DNA of 63,156 nt, filler included, from Licmophora abbreviata (lineage: Eukaryota): assembly GCA_900291995.1 (NCBI GenBank). It is 10 parts of 10 records of this genome, joined end to end, with 100 filler letters (N's around TTAATTAATTAA, not from the genome) between each part and the next. Parts side by side here need not be neighbours in the genome. Positions count along the whole stretch, not along the records: positions 7,192 to 21,686 come from OLMU01004883.1; 9 more parts are not named here. One strand, written 5' to 3'. Each line of letters starts with the position of its first letter. Positions within the stretch are counted from its first letter, which is position 1. The notes under the pieces were generated by a model that ran no database searches, was not told where the DNA came from, and saw only the letters and a program-made list of their open reading frames with translations. Below are positions 10,153 to 20,959 of this stretch, piece after piece. The position numbers and the translations under genes are program-made.

Positions 10153-12541
10153 ATGACAAACGAAGAGTCTCACTGGCAAGATGAATTGGACGCCTTGGGC
10201 GCCCAGTATACGAAACAGGGCACGGTGGTGCGTCGATTGAAGAAGGATGGCGCCAGCGCGGACGATATTGCCGAGGCAGTGGAGCAACTGCAGCAGCTCA
10301 AGATTCAGGTGGAAACGATTCGAAAGGAGCATCTTTCCGAAGAAGAGTTTCCTCGCAAGGTCTTTGATGACTTGATTCTTAGGAGGATGTTTGTAGTTCC
10401 ATCCTTTGAGATTCATGGCGGTGTGAAAGGACTCTTCGATCTAGGACCCCCTGCTTGCTCGTTGAAGGTAAGAAATTGCACGACAGGAGGGTAGAAGTAG
10501 GTCTCGTTTTCTACCGAAACTTCTCAGGTCTCACATCCTGCTGCACCTTACTTTTTCAGGCTGCCATGATTGACACCTGGCGCAAGCATTTCGTCTTGAC
10601 AGAGAGCATGCTTGAAATGGAGTGCACTTGTCTTACCCCTGAAGTCGTTTTGAAGACATCAGGTCACGTCGATCGCTTTACGGACTTGATGGTCAAGGAT
10701 AAGGAAACGGGCGACTGCTTTCGTGCGGACAAGCTTTTGGAAGATGCCATTGATGACATGTTGGAGAAGAATCCCACCATGCCTGCGGAAGAGCGCGAAG
10801 TGCATCTGCGGGTTCAGCGTCAAGCGGATGCCTTTTCACCGACCGAACTCGACGAACAGTTGAAACAGTATGAATGCGTTGCTCCGTCCAATGGTGAATC
10901 ATTCTCACCGTCGTTTCCCTTCAACTTGATGTTCAAGACATCCATTGGTCCCGAGGGTACGTCCGTTGGATTTCTACGTCCCGAAACGGCGCAAGGTCTC
11001 TTCGTGAACTTCAAGCGACTCTTGGACAACAATGCGGGCAAGATGCCCTTTGCGGCAGCTCAGATTGGTCTGGGATTTAGAAATGGTACAGTAATTTGGC
11101 GGATGTGTATCGTGAACCATTCGAAGAGAAAGACGACGACTCACTTGGATACCGCGTGCTAATCCCTTCAACCGTGTACAGAAATCGCTCCCCGTAGTGG
11201 TTTGCTTCGTGTCCGCGAGTTTTGTATGGGCGAGATCGAACACTTCGTCAACCCCAAAGACAAATCCCATCCCAGCTTTGCGTCCGTCGCTGGCAAGGGA
11301 CTCGTCTTGTTTGGAAGCGACGATCAGTTGGGCAGCGGCAAAACCAAGATGATGAGCGCCGGCGAGGCAGTCAAGACGGGCTTGATCAACAACGAGACGC
11401 TGGCATATTTCATGGCCCGTACACAGTTGTACATGGAGCGCATCGGTATGAACCCTGAGAAATTACGATTCCGTCAGCATTTGGCAACGGAAATGGCACA
11501 TTACGCGGCCGATTGTTGGGACTTGGAGATTCAGAGCAGCTATGGATGGGTGGAGTGTGTAGGTCACGCTGATCGCGCGTGCTACGATCTCGACGTACAT
11601 GCGAAAGCAACAAAGACGCCCATGCTGGCAACTCTGAAGCTCGATAAACCGCAGGAAATCGAGGTCGCAAAGATCAAGTTGAATCGAAAGGTGCTCGGTC
11701 AAACGTTCAAGCAAGATCAGCGCGCTGTTGGCAGTGCTCTCGAGACCCTGGCGGAAGACTGGAACGACTTTGGGCCCGTCGCAGAGGGGCTTGAATCAGA
11801 AGGAAAGGCGATGGTGGATGGTTTTGAAGTGACAAAGGACATGTTGACGTACACCAAGATCAAGAAGAAGGTGCACGAGATCAAGTTCACCCCTTCGGTC
11901 ATTGAGCCTTCCTTCGGAATGGGGCGTATCCTCTACTCGCTCTTGGAGCACAGCTTCTACCAACGCGATGGAGACGAGCAGCGCTGCGTAATGAAGTTCA
12001 ACCCGCAGGTTGCCCCTCACAAATGCGCAGTGCTCCCGATCAGCAGCAGCGCCGAGAAGAACGCAGTGGTATGTGGAAAGAATGACATTGGTGTGACCGC
12101 TACTCTTTCTCAATCAAGAAAACTCATCACCTGTTGTGCTTCGTATCGCTGCTTTAGGTCGACGCCATTGCTTCCGAGCTAATGGAAAGTGACCTGTCAA
12201 CGCGTGTGGATAAGTCAACCGCGTCGTTGGGGCGCCGTTATGCTCGCGCTGACGAGATAGGCGTCCCGTTCGCTGTAACGGTGGACTTTGAAACATTGGT
12301 AGACGGTACTGTCACTCTTCGAGAACGTGACTCAACGAAGCAGATCCGTCTCCCGAAGGACGATGTTACCGATCTCATCTTCGGCTTCGTCCATAATAAA
12401 CTAACGTGGGAACAGGCAACTCACCGCTACCCAATCGTCACTGTGAGTGAAGAGGGCGAGACTCCAGAAGCTCCTACCTCGAACGGCGGAACTGTGGTCG
12501 TCAATACGGGCCGTGGTAGATTCAGACGGCCCGCATCGTAG
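10153..12541 (+). CDS. GARS: Glycyl-tRNA synthetase (eukaryotic type, N-terminal WHEP-like helix); introns 10468-10559, 11086-11181, 12069-12157
   Basis: [56 protein letters not shown] and [11 protein letters not shown]; all three GT-AG introns restore the frame. Confidence 0.96.
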
Positions 12542-12701
12542 TCAGCCCGAAGCGAGTGGGATACAATTGGTGTAGCCGTGTGGCTTCAGCGGAAACGAAG
12601 GTCGCAAACGTAGAAATTGTGTGCAGGTATTACAGCGGGTCATTAGTTGAATTAGTCTTAGTCAGCTTAGTCCCTGTTTTTGTTGCCACATTGTCGCATT
12701 T

Positions 12702-13619
12702 CTATTCTAGGTTGGCAATGTGCATATGGATAGCACGGACTTCTTCTGAGTGCAGGTTGACAAGCTCCTGCACATGCTGAAGAGCCTTCGTATTTGATTC
12801 CTTTTGCTGTGCTGCCAGCGTAATCGCAGCTGCTGCTATGGAAGAAGATTTGAACGGAACAAAGAAGGAGTCGGCGACAGCCAGCTCGGCGAACTCTTGG
12901 CACGATACCAACAGACCGTCCGAGTTTGGGACCAACTCCAGGAACGACCGCACAAAGGCAATCGTCGTAGGCCCATTGAGGCGCCACTGGAGAGACTGAA
13001 GAATCTCCAACTCAGTGGCCTCGACGTCTTCAGCAGAGTAGTATCCCCTTGACATGTCGGTGAGCGCCTCCACGCTTAACTTGCGTGAGGGTTCCAAAAT
13101 CTTCACTGCAATGTAGAGGCACACCATGCAGTAAAGCTGGAAGTCTTCGCGCGTGAAGTTGACTTCTGAGTTGATTTCATTCGCCAAGTAGCGATCAAGA
13201 AGGTCGAAGGCTACCGCAACCATCTCACGGTCAAGCTCGAAAATATCCATGGCTGTGTAGGCCCAGTCACACATTTGTCGCCTCCACGGACACAGATGGC
13301 TGTGGTCCATGTCGGGCGTGACGGAGTTGGGGCATGCAGATGAGACGAAGTCGTTTGTAGCGACAGAATTTGGGGAGTACCGAGCAAAGCTGGTGGTTCG
13401 AGGAGGTAGCTTACGGGCACTCAGAGGAGGGGTTGATTCCTGTACTCCCTTATCTGAGGCCAATCGAGCGCACTCCTCAACGAAGTCGATGTGTTTGTTG
13501 CTCGGTTGCAGAAGATAGCCAGGTGACATGTAGTCAGGAAGGGTATAGAATCTTCCTTCCTGATCGAGCATGGCCTTTATTCTATCGACTGTCACTGCCG
13601 TCTCCTGTTGATCGGACAT
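12702..13619 (-). CDS. Cyclin, diatom-specific-cyclin type
   Basis: Cyclin box WRRQMCDWAY...VAVAFDLLDRYL...FQLYCMVCLYIAVKI...ELEILQSLQWRLNGPT; C-terminal SSIAAAAI; likely ATG at 13619. Confidence 0.88.
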   Translation of the reverse strand: MSDQQETAVTVDRIKAMLDQEGRFYTLPDYMSPGYLLQPSNKHIDFVEECARLASDKGVQESTPPLSARKLPPRTTSFARYSPNSVATNDFVSSACPNSVTPDMDHSHLCPWRRQMCDWAYTAMDIFELDREMVAVAFDLLDRYLANEINSEVNFTREDFQLYCMVCLYIAVKILEPSRKLSVEALTDMSRGYYSAEDVEATELEILQSLQWRLNGPTTIAFVRSFLELVPNSDGLLVSCQEFAELAVADSFFVPFKSSSIAAAAITLAAQQKESNTKALQHVQELVNLHSEEVRAIHMHIANLE

Positions 13620-14466
13620 GCTTGTAGAGACTGGAAACGAATCCTTTCCGACACCTAAAGGGTTCGATGATGGATTCTTGCGGTTGACTTTTTGGCCTAT
13701 ATGGAGGAGGTCCAATCGCCTTCAGTTGTACAATTTGAGCCGACTCTCGACAGTCGGGTATTGACAAGGCGGCGAATGCGGTGTTGTGCTGCTTCTCAAC
13801 TGGATATGGCCATTGACGATAGCGTCCTCAGCAACATGGTTCGGTCATGGCAAACAGTGTAATCACGCAATCACGCTTGACTTCTCATCTTCACTCGACT
13901 GACTCCCGTGTATTCACGCCACTTTCCAATTTTTCAGATTTATTATGGCATGCGTGTCTCAACGCATCAGTTCCATAAATGTTATCTTCCATCCATACAT
14001 ACGACCACGTAGTAAACTATTTCTACTATAGCCCAAAGTATATCGCCAAATGATCGCTTTCAGAGCAAGCATATGAAAACTAAGCGCTCTTTACAACACT
14101 CTATTCCCGTTTCTGCAATCACTTCATACTAAAACACATTCGCGGTACTGTGATGGACGCTTAGTAGTCGGTTGTTCGGACTCGTGAACCGTCCGGCTTG
14201 GCTGGGTGAATGCGTGAATTAATGAATGCATTCAGAATATACCTCAATTCACTCTGCCAGCCAGTCCTGCATGCAAAAGTTCGTTAGAGAGATAGAGTTG
14301 GGGAATAGGGCGACAGCTGCCCTGGTCTACTGGTCGAATGGAATCCACAATTGTGTTTGTCTGTGCCATATTCGCACCCAGTCTCGCGGCAAAAGTAGCA
14401 ACACCTAAATGAAACGTAATTCTTCGTAACAAATGAAGTACAGGTACATGTCTTAACCTGACAAAA

Positions 14467-16937
14467 CTAGGTTGCTACCACTGTTCTTTCTGACTCCTTA
14501 TAGTCAACGATTGGCACCTTGAAGATTTCCCCTTTTTTCACTCCTCCTCGCGGTACAGTTGCGACTATGGTGCGGTCCTCGCCCATCTTTGCGGTGAATC
14601 GATATCCTTCTGGGAGCGATGCAGGTGCTCGTACCTTGACCGTCTCTGGTCTAGATGAAGAACGCCCAGGTTCCACTTGGGTCGGATCAAATGGCAGTCG
14701 AATCAGAAATATGTCACCCTTTCGAACGCCACCCTCTGGCTGTAGTAAGCAACAGGTGCACGCAAGCGGCGCGGAGACTGAGTGGACGCGCCCAAACAAG
14801 CATACTCCCACACACTGTTCTACGCATCATCCAGTCTTACCACTTTTGCATCGATGATATTTCCGTTGATCCTCACGGTGAATTTGTGACCGCCGGGCAA
14901 GTCCTCCGGTGCACGAACCTTCAACGTGGTAGCAGCCGGTGCTGCATTCCCAACTGCAGCTGCCGCATATTCATTGTGTCTTTTACTCTTTGGTGAGGCT
15001 TCCAGGTTAATTTCGCGCGGCTTTGGGGATGCGTGTATCTGCTCTTGAAGGCTGCAAATCTTCTGTAAGTCGACGTTAAGGATTTCGACTTGCCTATCCC
15101 AAAAAGCTCGGTCCGAAGCGGTAGTGGCAGTATCTCTCATCTCCATAGCCTGTCGCACTTCATGTAGTATCTGATGGCGCGCCTCGGATTCTTCTTTCAG
15201 AAGTTTGGCTTCTGATACCCGTTTGGCATAGGCACTGCCAGTGTTGTCGTTCATATCGGCACTGCCGAGGGTGCTAGGAACCTCCGTGGAAGGTGTGAAG
15301 GATACATGCTGCTCACGTGGCGTCACCTCAATGACTAGGGGCAGCCGGGCGTTCGTTCTCTCGGTATTCTCAGATTGTGGGCCTGAAGTCATCGGCGTCG
15401 GTATAGAGACTCGAAGATGGGATTTTCTGTTCCATTCTGCGATTCGTGAGGTCTCTAAGTCGTTGTCGCGATGGTGTTCTGGAACTGATGAAATCATATT
15501 GTTTGCGTCGTTATGAACACGCACGGATTTCGTGTATCCCACATTTTCCACAGCGTCCTCTTTTCGAGACCATTCTTCTTTGTCAATTCGGCAATGCTCC
15601 ACCCGATCAGTTGGCGAAAAAGAACGACGCCCCGCCGAGCTTTTGTTCCATCTGACTGTATCCCTACGAGGTGATCGAGACCGTCCTCTCTCGCTTTGGA
15701 AGCCCAAGACAGAGCTCTCCCTTTCTCGACCATGATGTTGCCGCTGGTTGTAATCAGCATAATCCCCTTCATCCCTGGCAACGTAGTAGCCATTGTCCGA
15801 ATCTCTAATTGACCGAAAGTCTTCGACACGACTTTCGCTCGATTGTTCGTATCGCTGTCGTCGAGGTGGCAGATAAACAGATTTCTCATTTGAATGCAAT
15901 CGCCGAGGAGAATTGTGATCCATCCTTCGTTCGCTCCTTGATGTTAGACCATGAACGGTTCTTGGGGTGACTGTGTGTCCTTTCCCGTCATGTTCTGCTG
16001 GGTAGAACCGACCCCCCGCGTCTGTGTTTCGGGGTGAATAAGGGATATCTGCCTCTCCGTAGCTCCTACTCCTGTCACTAGTGTACTGCCTTTCTCGAGG
16101 TCGAATAGGTTCAGACCTTTCCTCTCGTTCCTGTTGCTCACGCCCCCACTGATCGCCGCGGTACCCTGGATTGTCGTCGTCATGAAGAGAGCGAGCAAAA
16201 CTAGCGTCGCCTCGTGTTTCGGCACTCTGACCAAAAGAATCGCCTCGTGATGGTTCATAGTAGGTCCGTGTCTCTTCAGGTTGATAATACGCCGGCCTCC
16301 CCATTCTCCGAGGAAGCTGGTGCTCCCGCTCATCGTAGCTGCGATACCTTCTGTTTTCGTCTCCGAAGCGAGGCTGGCCGTAAACCCCGTCGCCCCGACG
16401 ATCCGCGAGCCTATCGTGGTGTCTATGATCCTCCACATGTGTGTGATAGCGATGATGTTCTATATTTCCTCCTGGTCTGTTCACGTGCCCCCGATCGTCG
16501 ATACGTCGATTCCTGGTCGTGTCGAAGCAATCACTTTCGGGCTCAACGTTGCGATCCACAAAGTCGTACTCTCGATGCGGATCACGGAAGTAGTCATCGT
16601 CTTGGTACTCAGAGTCGTACTGCATATTTTGTTCGTAGTAGTTTGGCCTCCTTCGCGGCGATTGATTGCCCGCATACTCGTCGCCGATCGGTCTCAGCAC
16701 CGTGCGGTTTGCGAAATGTTGACTTGACGGAGAGGATTTGAATCCGACTGGGACGGATTGTTGATACTCATCTTGCTGAATATCAGGGTATAAAGGCTTC
16801 CCTGATGGACTGTAGAGTTGTTCTTCTCCGTCCCGTGGCCCCAGCGGACCAGGGAATGCCGTGGGACTTTTCGGAAAGGATGTCCCTCGTTCGGGTCGAG
16901 ACCATGAATCACTGTAGTACTCCGAGTAACCGTTCAT
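14467..16937 (-). CDS. Large disordered R/D/E/S-rich protein with two C-terminal VRAP..LP.G..F...VP.GGV..G..F modules; intron 14740-14840
   Basis: 762-aa ORF (likely ATG at 16937); GTAAGA donor at 14840 and CAG acceptor at 14740-14742 join it in frame to ORF 14467-14811. Confidence 0.75.
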
Positions 16938-17122
16938 TTTAAGCTCGATTGCGCCTTGTCTGCTCTTCCAGCCCGTGTGAGCGAGAAGCGATCCACAGAT
17001 GTACTCTTGAGAGACGTATCGTGGCCAGTCACTCACTCCCCTGCATTCCTCGCCATGGTTTGCGCAATTTGTGATCTTCAGTATGATAAATGCCTGTAAA
17101 ATGATCAATCTATCCCAAGACG

Positions 17123-17267
17123 ATTTTTGGCGAAGATTTTTACTCAGGCATATATACGACTATAACCACACTCTTGATTCGCCAAAAATGACAAAAAGGC
17201 CCGAACCAATGGCGCGCCAAAATATGTATGACGAGATTCTTTTTGAATTGATATGGGGCGCGCCAAA
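17123..17267. promoter_or_regulatory. Cluster of four E2F-like TTTTGGCG motifs in a divergent promoter
   Basis: ATTTTTGGCGAA (17123-17134), its perfect inverse TTCGCCAAAAAT (17178-17189), TGGCGCGCCAAAA (17210-17222) and GGCGCGCCAAA (17257-17267). Confidence 0.45.
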
Positions 17268-17410
17268 CGACCTTGTCGTCGTGTGTTCAGGTCCTTTTCA
17301 TCACGGCCGACACGAAAGATGTCATTGGCTCTAGGAACAGTGATCTCACTCATCACGGTCAACAGTGATAAGCAGCCTGTCCCCAGATCCAAGCAGTCTT
17401 CACGTTCGCC

Positions 17411-18187
17411 ATGCCGCTCAAGGACATCGACCAGAACGTGGCTACAGCTGATGAGAGCGGAGAGAAGCGATCTTCCGATGCCGCTGAGCCATCCGCGCTG
17501 AAAAAGGTCAAGGTCGACGAAGATATTCCGTTGGGAAACTACTCTGTCAAAGAGCTCAGGGCGCTGTGCAAGGTCAAAGGACTCAAAGTGGCCGGTAGAA
17601 AGGCCGATCTCATAAAGCGTCTCCAGAATCCTTCCGATCCCGAATCGAAGAGCCAATACACTGGCGGCACGTCGACCAGCGACGTGAATGTGGCCCTCAA
17701 GGCGAGTGGGGTCGAGAATCCACGAGATACCTCCTTGTGTGCTCGCAAGGCCCTTCAGAAGGGGTACTTTACGCTTACTGGAGGTCTCGACAAGACTGTC
17801 TTCACTGCTTCTTGTAAAGAATGCGGCGAGAAGCTGAGCTGCACGCTCCGTGGAGCCCTTGGCCAGCCCGACGTTGGTGGCTGCGACTACGAGGACGGAG
17901 GAAATGATGGCGCGTTGCAGTGCAAGAAGTGTAAAGTCGGCTACTACTTGACGCAGATGTGCGACGGTCAGATGCACTTGGACTCTGGCGCAGGCCATAA
18001 CCATTGCTCGGACTGCCCCGGTTTTGGTACGTGCATTGGCGACTACAGCGAAAGACATTGTCTCTCTTGTGGAAGACACTACTGTGCCACGATGTTGGAG
18101 CTTGAGTGTCCGTTTTGTCAGTGGGACGACTTTCTTACACCCTTTGACGATGATGGATATGGAATCTTTGAAGATTCAATGTTCTAG
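17411..18187 (+). CDS. SAP-domain protein with Cys/His-rich putative Zn-binding C-terminal domain
   Basis: SAP motif YSVKELRALCKVKGLKVAGRKADLIKRL; NLS-like KKVK; CKEC, CKKC, HNHCSDC, HCLSCGRH and CPFC. Confidence 0.8.
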   Translation: MPLKDIDQNVATADESGEKRSSDAAEPSALKKVKVDEDIPLGNYSVKELRALCKVKGLKVAGRKADLIKRLQNPSDPESKSQYTGGTSTSDVNVALKASGVENPRDTSLCARKALQKGYFTLTGGLDKTVFTASCKECGEKLSCTLRGALGQPDVGGCDYEDGGNDGALQCKKCKVGYYLTQMCDGQMHLDSGAGHNHCSDCPGFGTCIGDYSERHCLSCGRHYCATMLELECPFCQWDDFLTPFDDDGYGIFEDSMF

Positions 18188-18458
18188 CGGATCTCATGTG
18201 ATGAGGAATAGTTGAATGGCGACAGGTTGAAAAGTGGCGCCCTAGTGTGAGACTGGTACCGGTTTGGTGGGTCTATACAAGTACTTTTGGCGCGGGAGGG
18301 ATGCGTCGAAGATTCCTATAGTTGACCATTGGATGGCCAGCTTGGCAGCACTTCGCGGCTCTAGGATTTCGCTGAAGTAACATTTAGACCAAAGCGAACG
18401 ACATTGTGCAGCTACATCGTATCTTGTATCTGTCGTACATACGAGCGTGTGCATCGCG

Positions 18459-20744
18459 TCATAAGGAATTCCGAAGGGCCTTGTTTACCAGGGCGAGTGC
18501 GGCTAGCGCGTCATGCTCCTGCATTGCCTGCTTCAGCTTCTCAGGATTCATCTTCTGAGCCGCTTTCCAGAGTCTCTTGGTTCGAGCAATATTGTATTCG
18601 GCTTCCTTGACAGGATCGGTCCGTTGCGGGAATGTGTCGAAGTAGAAATGACCGGTAAAACCGATCCGATGCAGTTGGTACATGATTTCCAATGCCATCG
18701 TTGGATGAATGGATCCAAACATCATGCCGTCCTCCGCGGCCAGTCGCGTATAGCCATCGTTTAATTGGATTCCAAACAGTTTCTTGCCGGACATCGCAAT
18801 GGATTGCCCTGGATTCTCCCCAGACATGAGCATATGGCCAACATCCAGAGTCAGACCCATGTTGGTTCGATCAATCTCCTTTACCAGCAAGAGCGCCGCT
18901 CCTGTACTGGGAACGGTGAAAAATCGGGTGTTTTCGTCTGTCGGCTTATACTCAATCGAAAACTTGATATCGGGAAAAGCGTCACACAGTTCCTGGAAGG
19001 CTTCGACAATCTGCGACCACTTTTCGTCGTAGTTTACTTGGAATGGATAGTCGTATCCATCGTAAGCACTCCAGACAACAACTTCGTCGCACCCTAGTTC
19101 GCGTGCGGTGTGTGCAGCGTTCTTCGTCAGCTCTAGCGCCTCGCGTCGTAGCTCCATTTTAGGGTGATTCATGGCGCCACGGGCGAACTTGGATGGATAT
19201 CGCAAACAGACGGCACCTGCCTTTAGCCCAGCTTTCTTCAGCGCCTTTCTCGCTTCCTGGACAGTCCAGGTGTGAAAGTGTTGCGGATAATTGAAGTCCA
19301 CACAGGTCAAACCTTTGATCGTAGCTTGCCGTGCTACATAGTCACGCACTTCTTTCAGCGGGTGCGGCCATAAGTCGGTGCGATCCTTCATGGAGTTCAA
19401 GCGCGAGCCAAACAAGGGGACGTCTCTCTTCGAACCACCTCGCGGAATATGCAGTACGACGTCTGTGTTGTTCTTAGTGTGGTACAGCACTTCAACATCT
19501 TCTCGTGTGGGCGTGGATGGAACAGCGCCTGCCCTTGTGACGGCACATGCCCCGGCCGCCGAGGCAAACTGCAGACACTCTGACAAGGGCCGCTTCTCGA
19601 GCATGGCAACGGCAAACGCTGCTCGGAAGCAGTCGCCCGCTCCCGTTTCGTCCACCACATCTGTCTCTTCCAGCTCATATGCCTGTTGGTGAAGTATCTG
19701 ACCATCTTCTGAGACGAGAGTACACCCTCGGCTTCCCCGTGTCACCAAAACATTCCGAGCGCCCAACTTCTGAAGTTGTCTGGCTTGGGCCACGATGGTG
19801 GTGTCGTCTCTATTCTGGTCTTCCTCCGACTCCGGCGATGTATCTTCTAAAGAACGCAGTAGTCGATGCAGTTCACTTTCGTTAGGTACGAGATAGTCGC
19901 ACAGCTCCATCATTTCCTTCGACATGGGACGATCTTCTCCGCCGACGTCTTGAACGACCAGGATGTCACCTCGTTTCCTGGCCATGGTTGCTACCAGAAG
20001 GTTGACAAACTCTGGGACTTCACGTTGCAATAAGACACATTTTGCATCTTTCAGTACTCTGTCCAACTTTTCTGGCATGGATTTTGTTTCCCATGCTTCT
20101 TTCCAAGACTTCCAACCCTCCGCATTGCTTCCGCCGCTCACCACGGCGCTTACGGACCCCGACTCCGTAATGAATACATAACCACGTCCACTCGGTAGGT
20201 CCTCATGTTGCGAGGAATGCGACAGATCCACGCTGTTATTGATCAGCGCCTCTCGAAGCTTAACTGCCGCCTCGTCGTTTCCAAACTGTCCGACAAGCGC
20301 CACTCTGGAGTGATCGTACTGGTGCCGTCGATGATGTTGAGAGGACGATGGGTCGTCAACAATACCATCACTCATCAGTAGTTTTGCTGCGGCAACAGCT
20401 TGCGTGCAGCCCTTCCCCCCGGGTATATCGACAGATGGAGAACAGCCTGGACGCAGCGTAAGATTCTCTCCTTCTTGAGGAAGACGTGAAACGGGCAGAA
20501 AGGTATCCGAGTTGATGGATCCGACAACCACAATGGCGTTCTGACCAATACTGCTGCTTTCTGATGTAGCAACGACGTGATTCCAGCAGAATATCACGAT
20601 GATACACCACCAAACTAGAGCAGGCGGCACCACACTCCCACAAATCTTCTTGCTCATCTTATTCATGGTGAGACTTCCTCCGCCGGCGTCTTCCTCATCT
20701 TTTGAACTTCCAAACTTACTTTTGCGCCGTCTTGACCGCGCCAT
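18459..20744 (-). CDS. Fusion of PfkB/ribokinase and xylose-isomerase-like TIM barrel, with N-terminal hydrophobic segment
   Basis: VVVGSINSD, PGGKG, LLQREVP, PNESEL and DETGAGDCF (PfkB signature), then VVWSAYDGYDYPFQ, EYKP, LDVGH, QLNDG and FDTFP; one uninterrupted 761-aa ORF. Confidence 0.85.
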   Translation of the reverse strand: MARSRRRKSKFGSSKDEEDAGGGSLTMNKMSKKICGSVVPPALVWWCIIVIFCWNHVVATSESSSIGQNAIVVVGSINSDTFLPVSRLPQEGENLTLRPGCSPSVDIPGGKGCTQAVAAAKLLMSDGIVDDPSSSQHHRRHQYDHSRVALVGQFGNDEAAVKLREALINNSVDLSHSSQHEDLPSGRGYVFITESGSVSAVVSGGSNAEGWKSWKEAWETKSMPEKLDRVLKDAKCVLLQREVPEFVNLLVATMARKRGDILVVQDVGGEDRPMSKEMMELCDYLVPNESELHRLLRSLEDTSPESEEDQNRDDTTIVAQARQLQKLGARNVLVTRGSRGCTLVSEDGQILHQQAYELEETDVVDETGAGDCFRAAFAVAMLEKRPLSECLQFASAAGACAVTRAGAVPSTPTREDVEVLYHTKNNTDVVLHIPRGGSKRDVPLFGSRLNSMKDRTDLWPHPLKEVRDYVARQATIKGLTCVDFNYPQHFHTWTVQEARKALKKAGLKAGAVCLRYPSKFARGAMNHPKMELRREALELTKNAAHTARELGCDEVVVWSAYDGYDYPFQVNYDEKWSQIVEAFQELCDAFPDIKFSIEYKPTDENTRFFTVPSTGAALLLVKEIDRTNMGLTLDVGHMLMSGENPGQSIAMSGKKLFGIQLNDGYTRLAAEDGMMFGSIHPTMALEIMYQLHRIGFTGHFYFDTFPQRTDPVKEAEYNIARTKRLWKAAQKMNPEKLKQAMQEHDALAALALVNKALRNSL

Positions 20745-20959
20745 GTGACGTCATCGTCGCTTTCACAACGTCGGTTTTGGAGCTGAACGAAACCGAAGGG
20801 ACAATGGCCAAAGCCTAAACACTCACTACTGTCACATGCGCCCGGTGTGACGACTCTTCGTACCCTATTCGTACGTTTGAAGTCTGCCCGATGACTTCGC
20901 TACAAGTTCATCCTGTTGTCTTGCTGTCCATATATGCGACTAACTTATTGTACATCCTC

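Noticed and set aside
13720..14460. Long gene-free stretches (also 4910-5550 and 34570-35246) as possible ncRNA or transposon loci
   Set aside because: No tRNA cloverleaf, paired C/D boxes, terminal repeats or transposase remnants recognisable by eye; likely promoter or UTR. An Infernal/Rfam scan would be decisive
17144..18079. Long antisense ORFs (311 aa here; also 25819-26646, 29207-30010, 48705-49274, 57974-58567)
   Set aside because: Shadow or alternate frames of real genes in moderately GC-rich coding DNA, with no recognisable motifs
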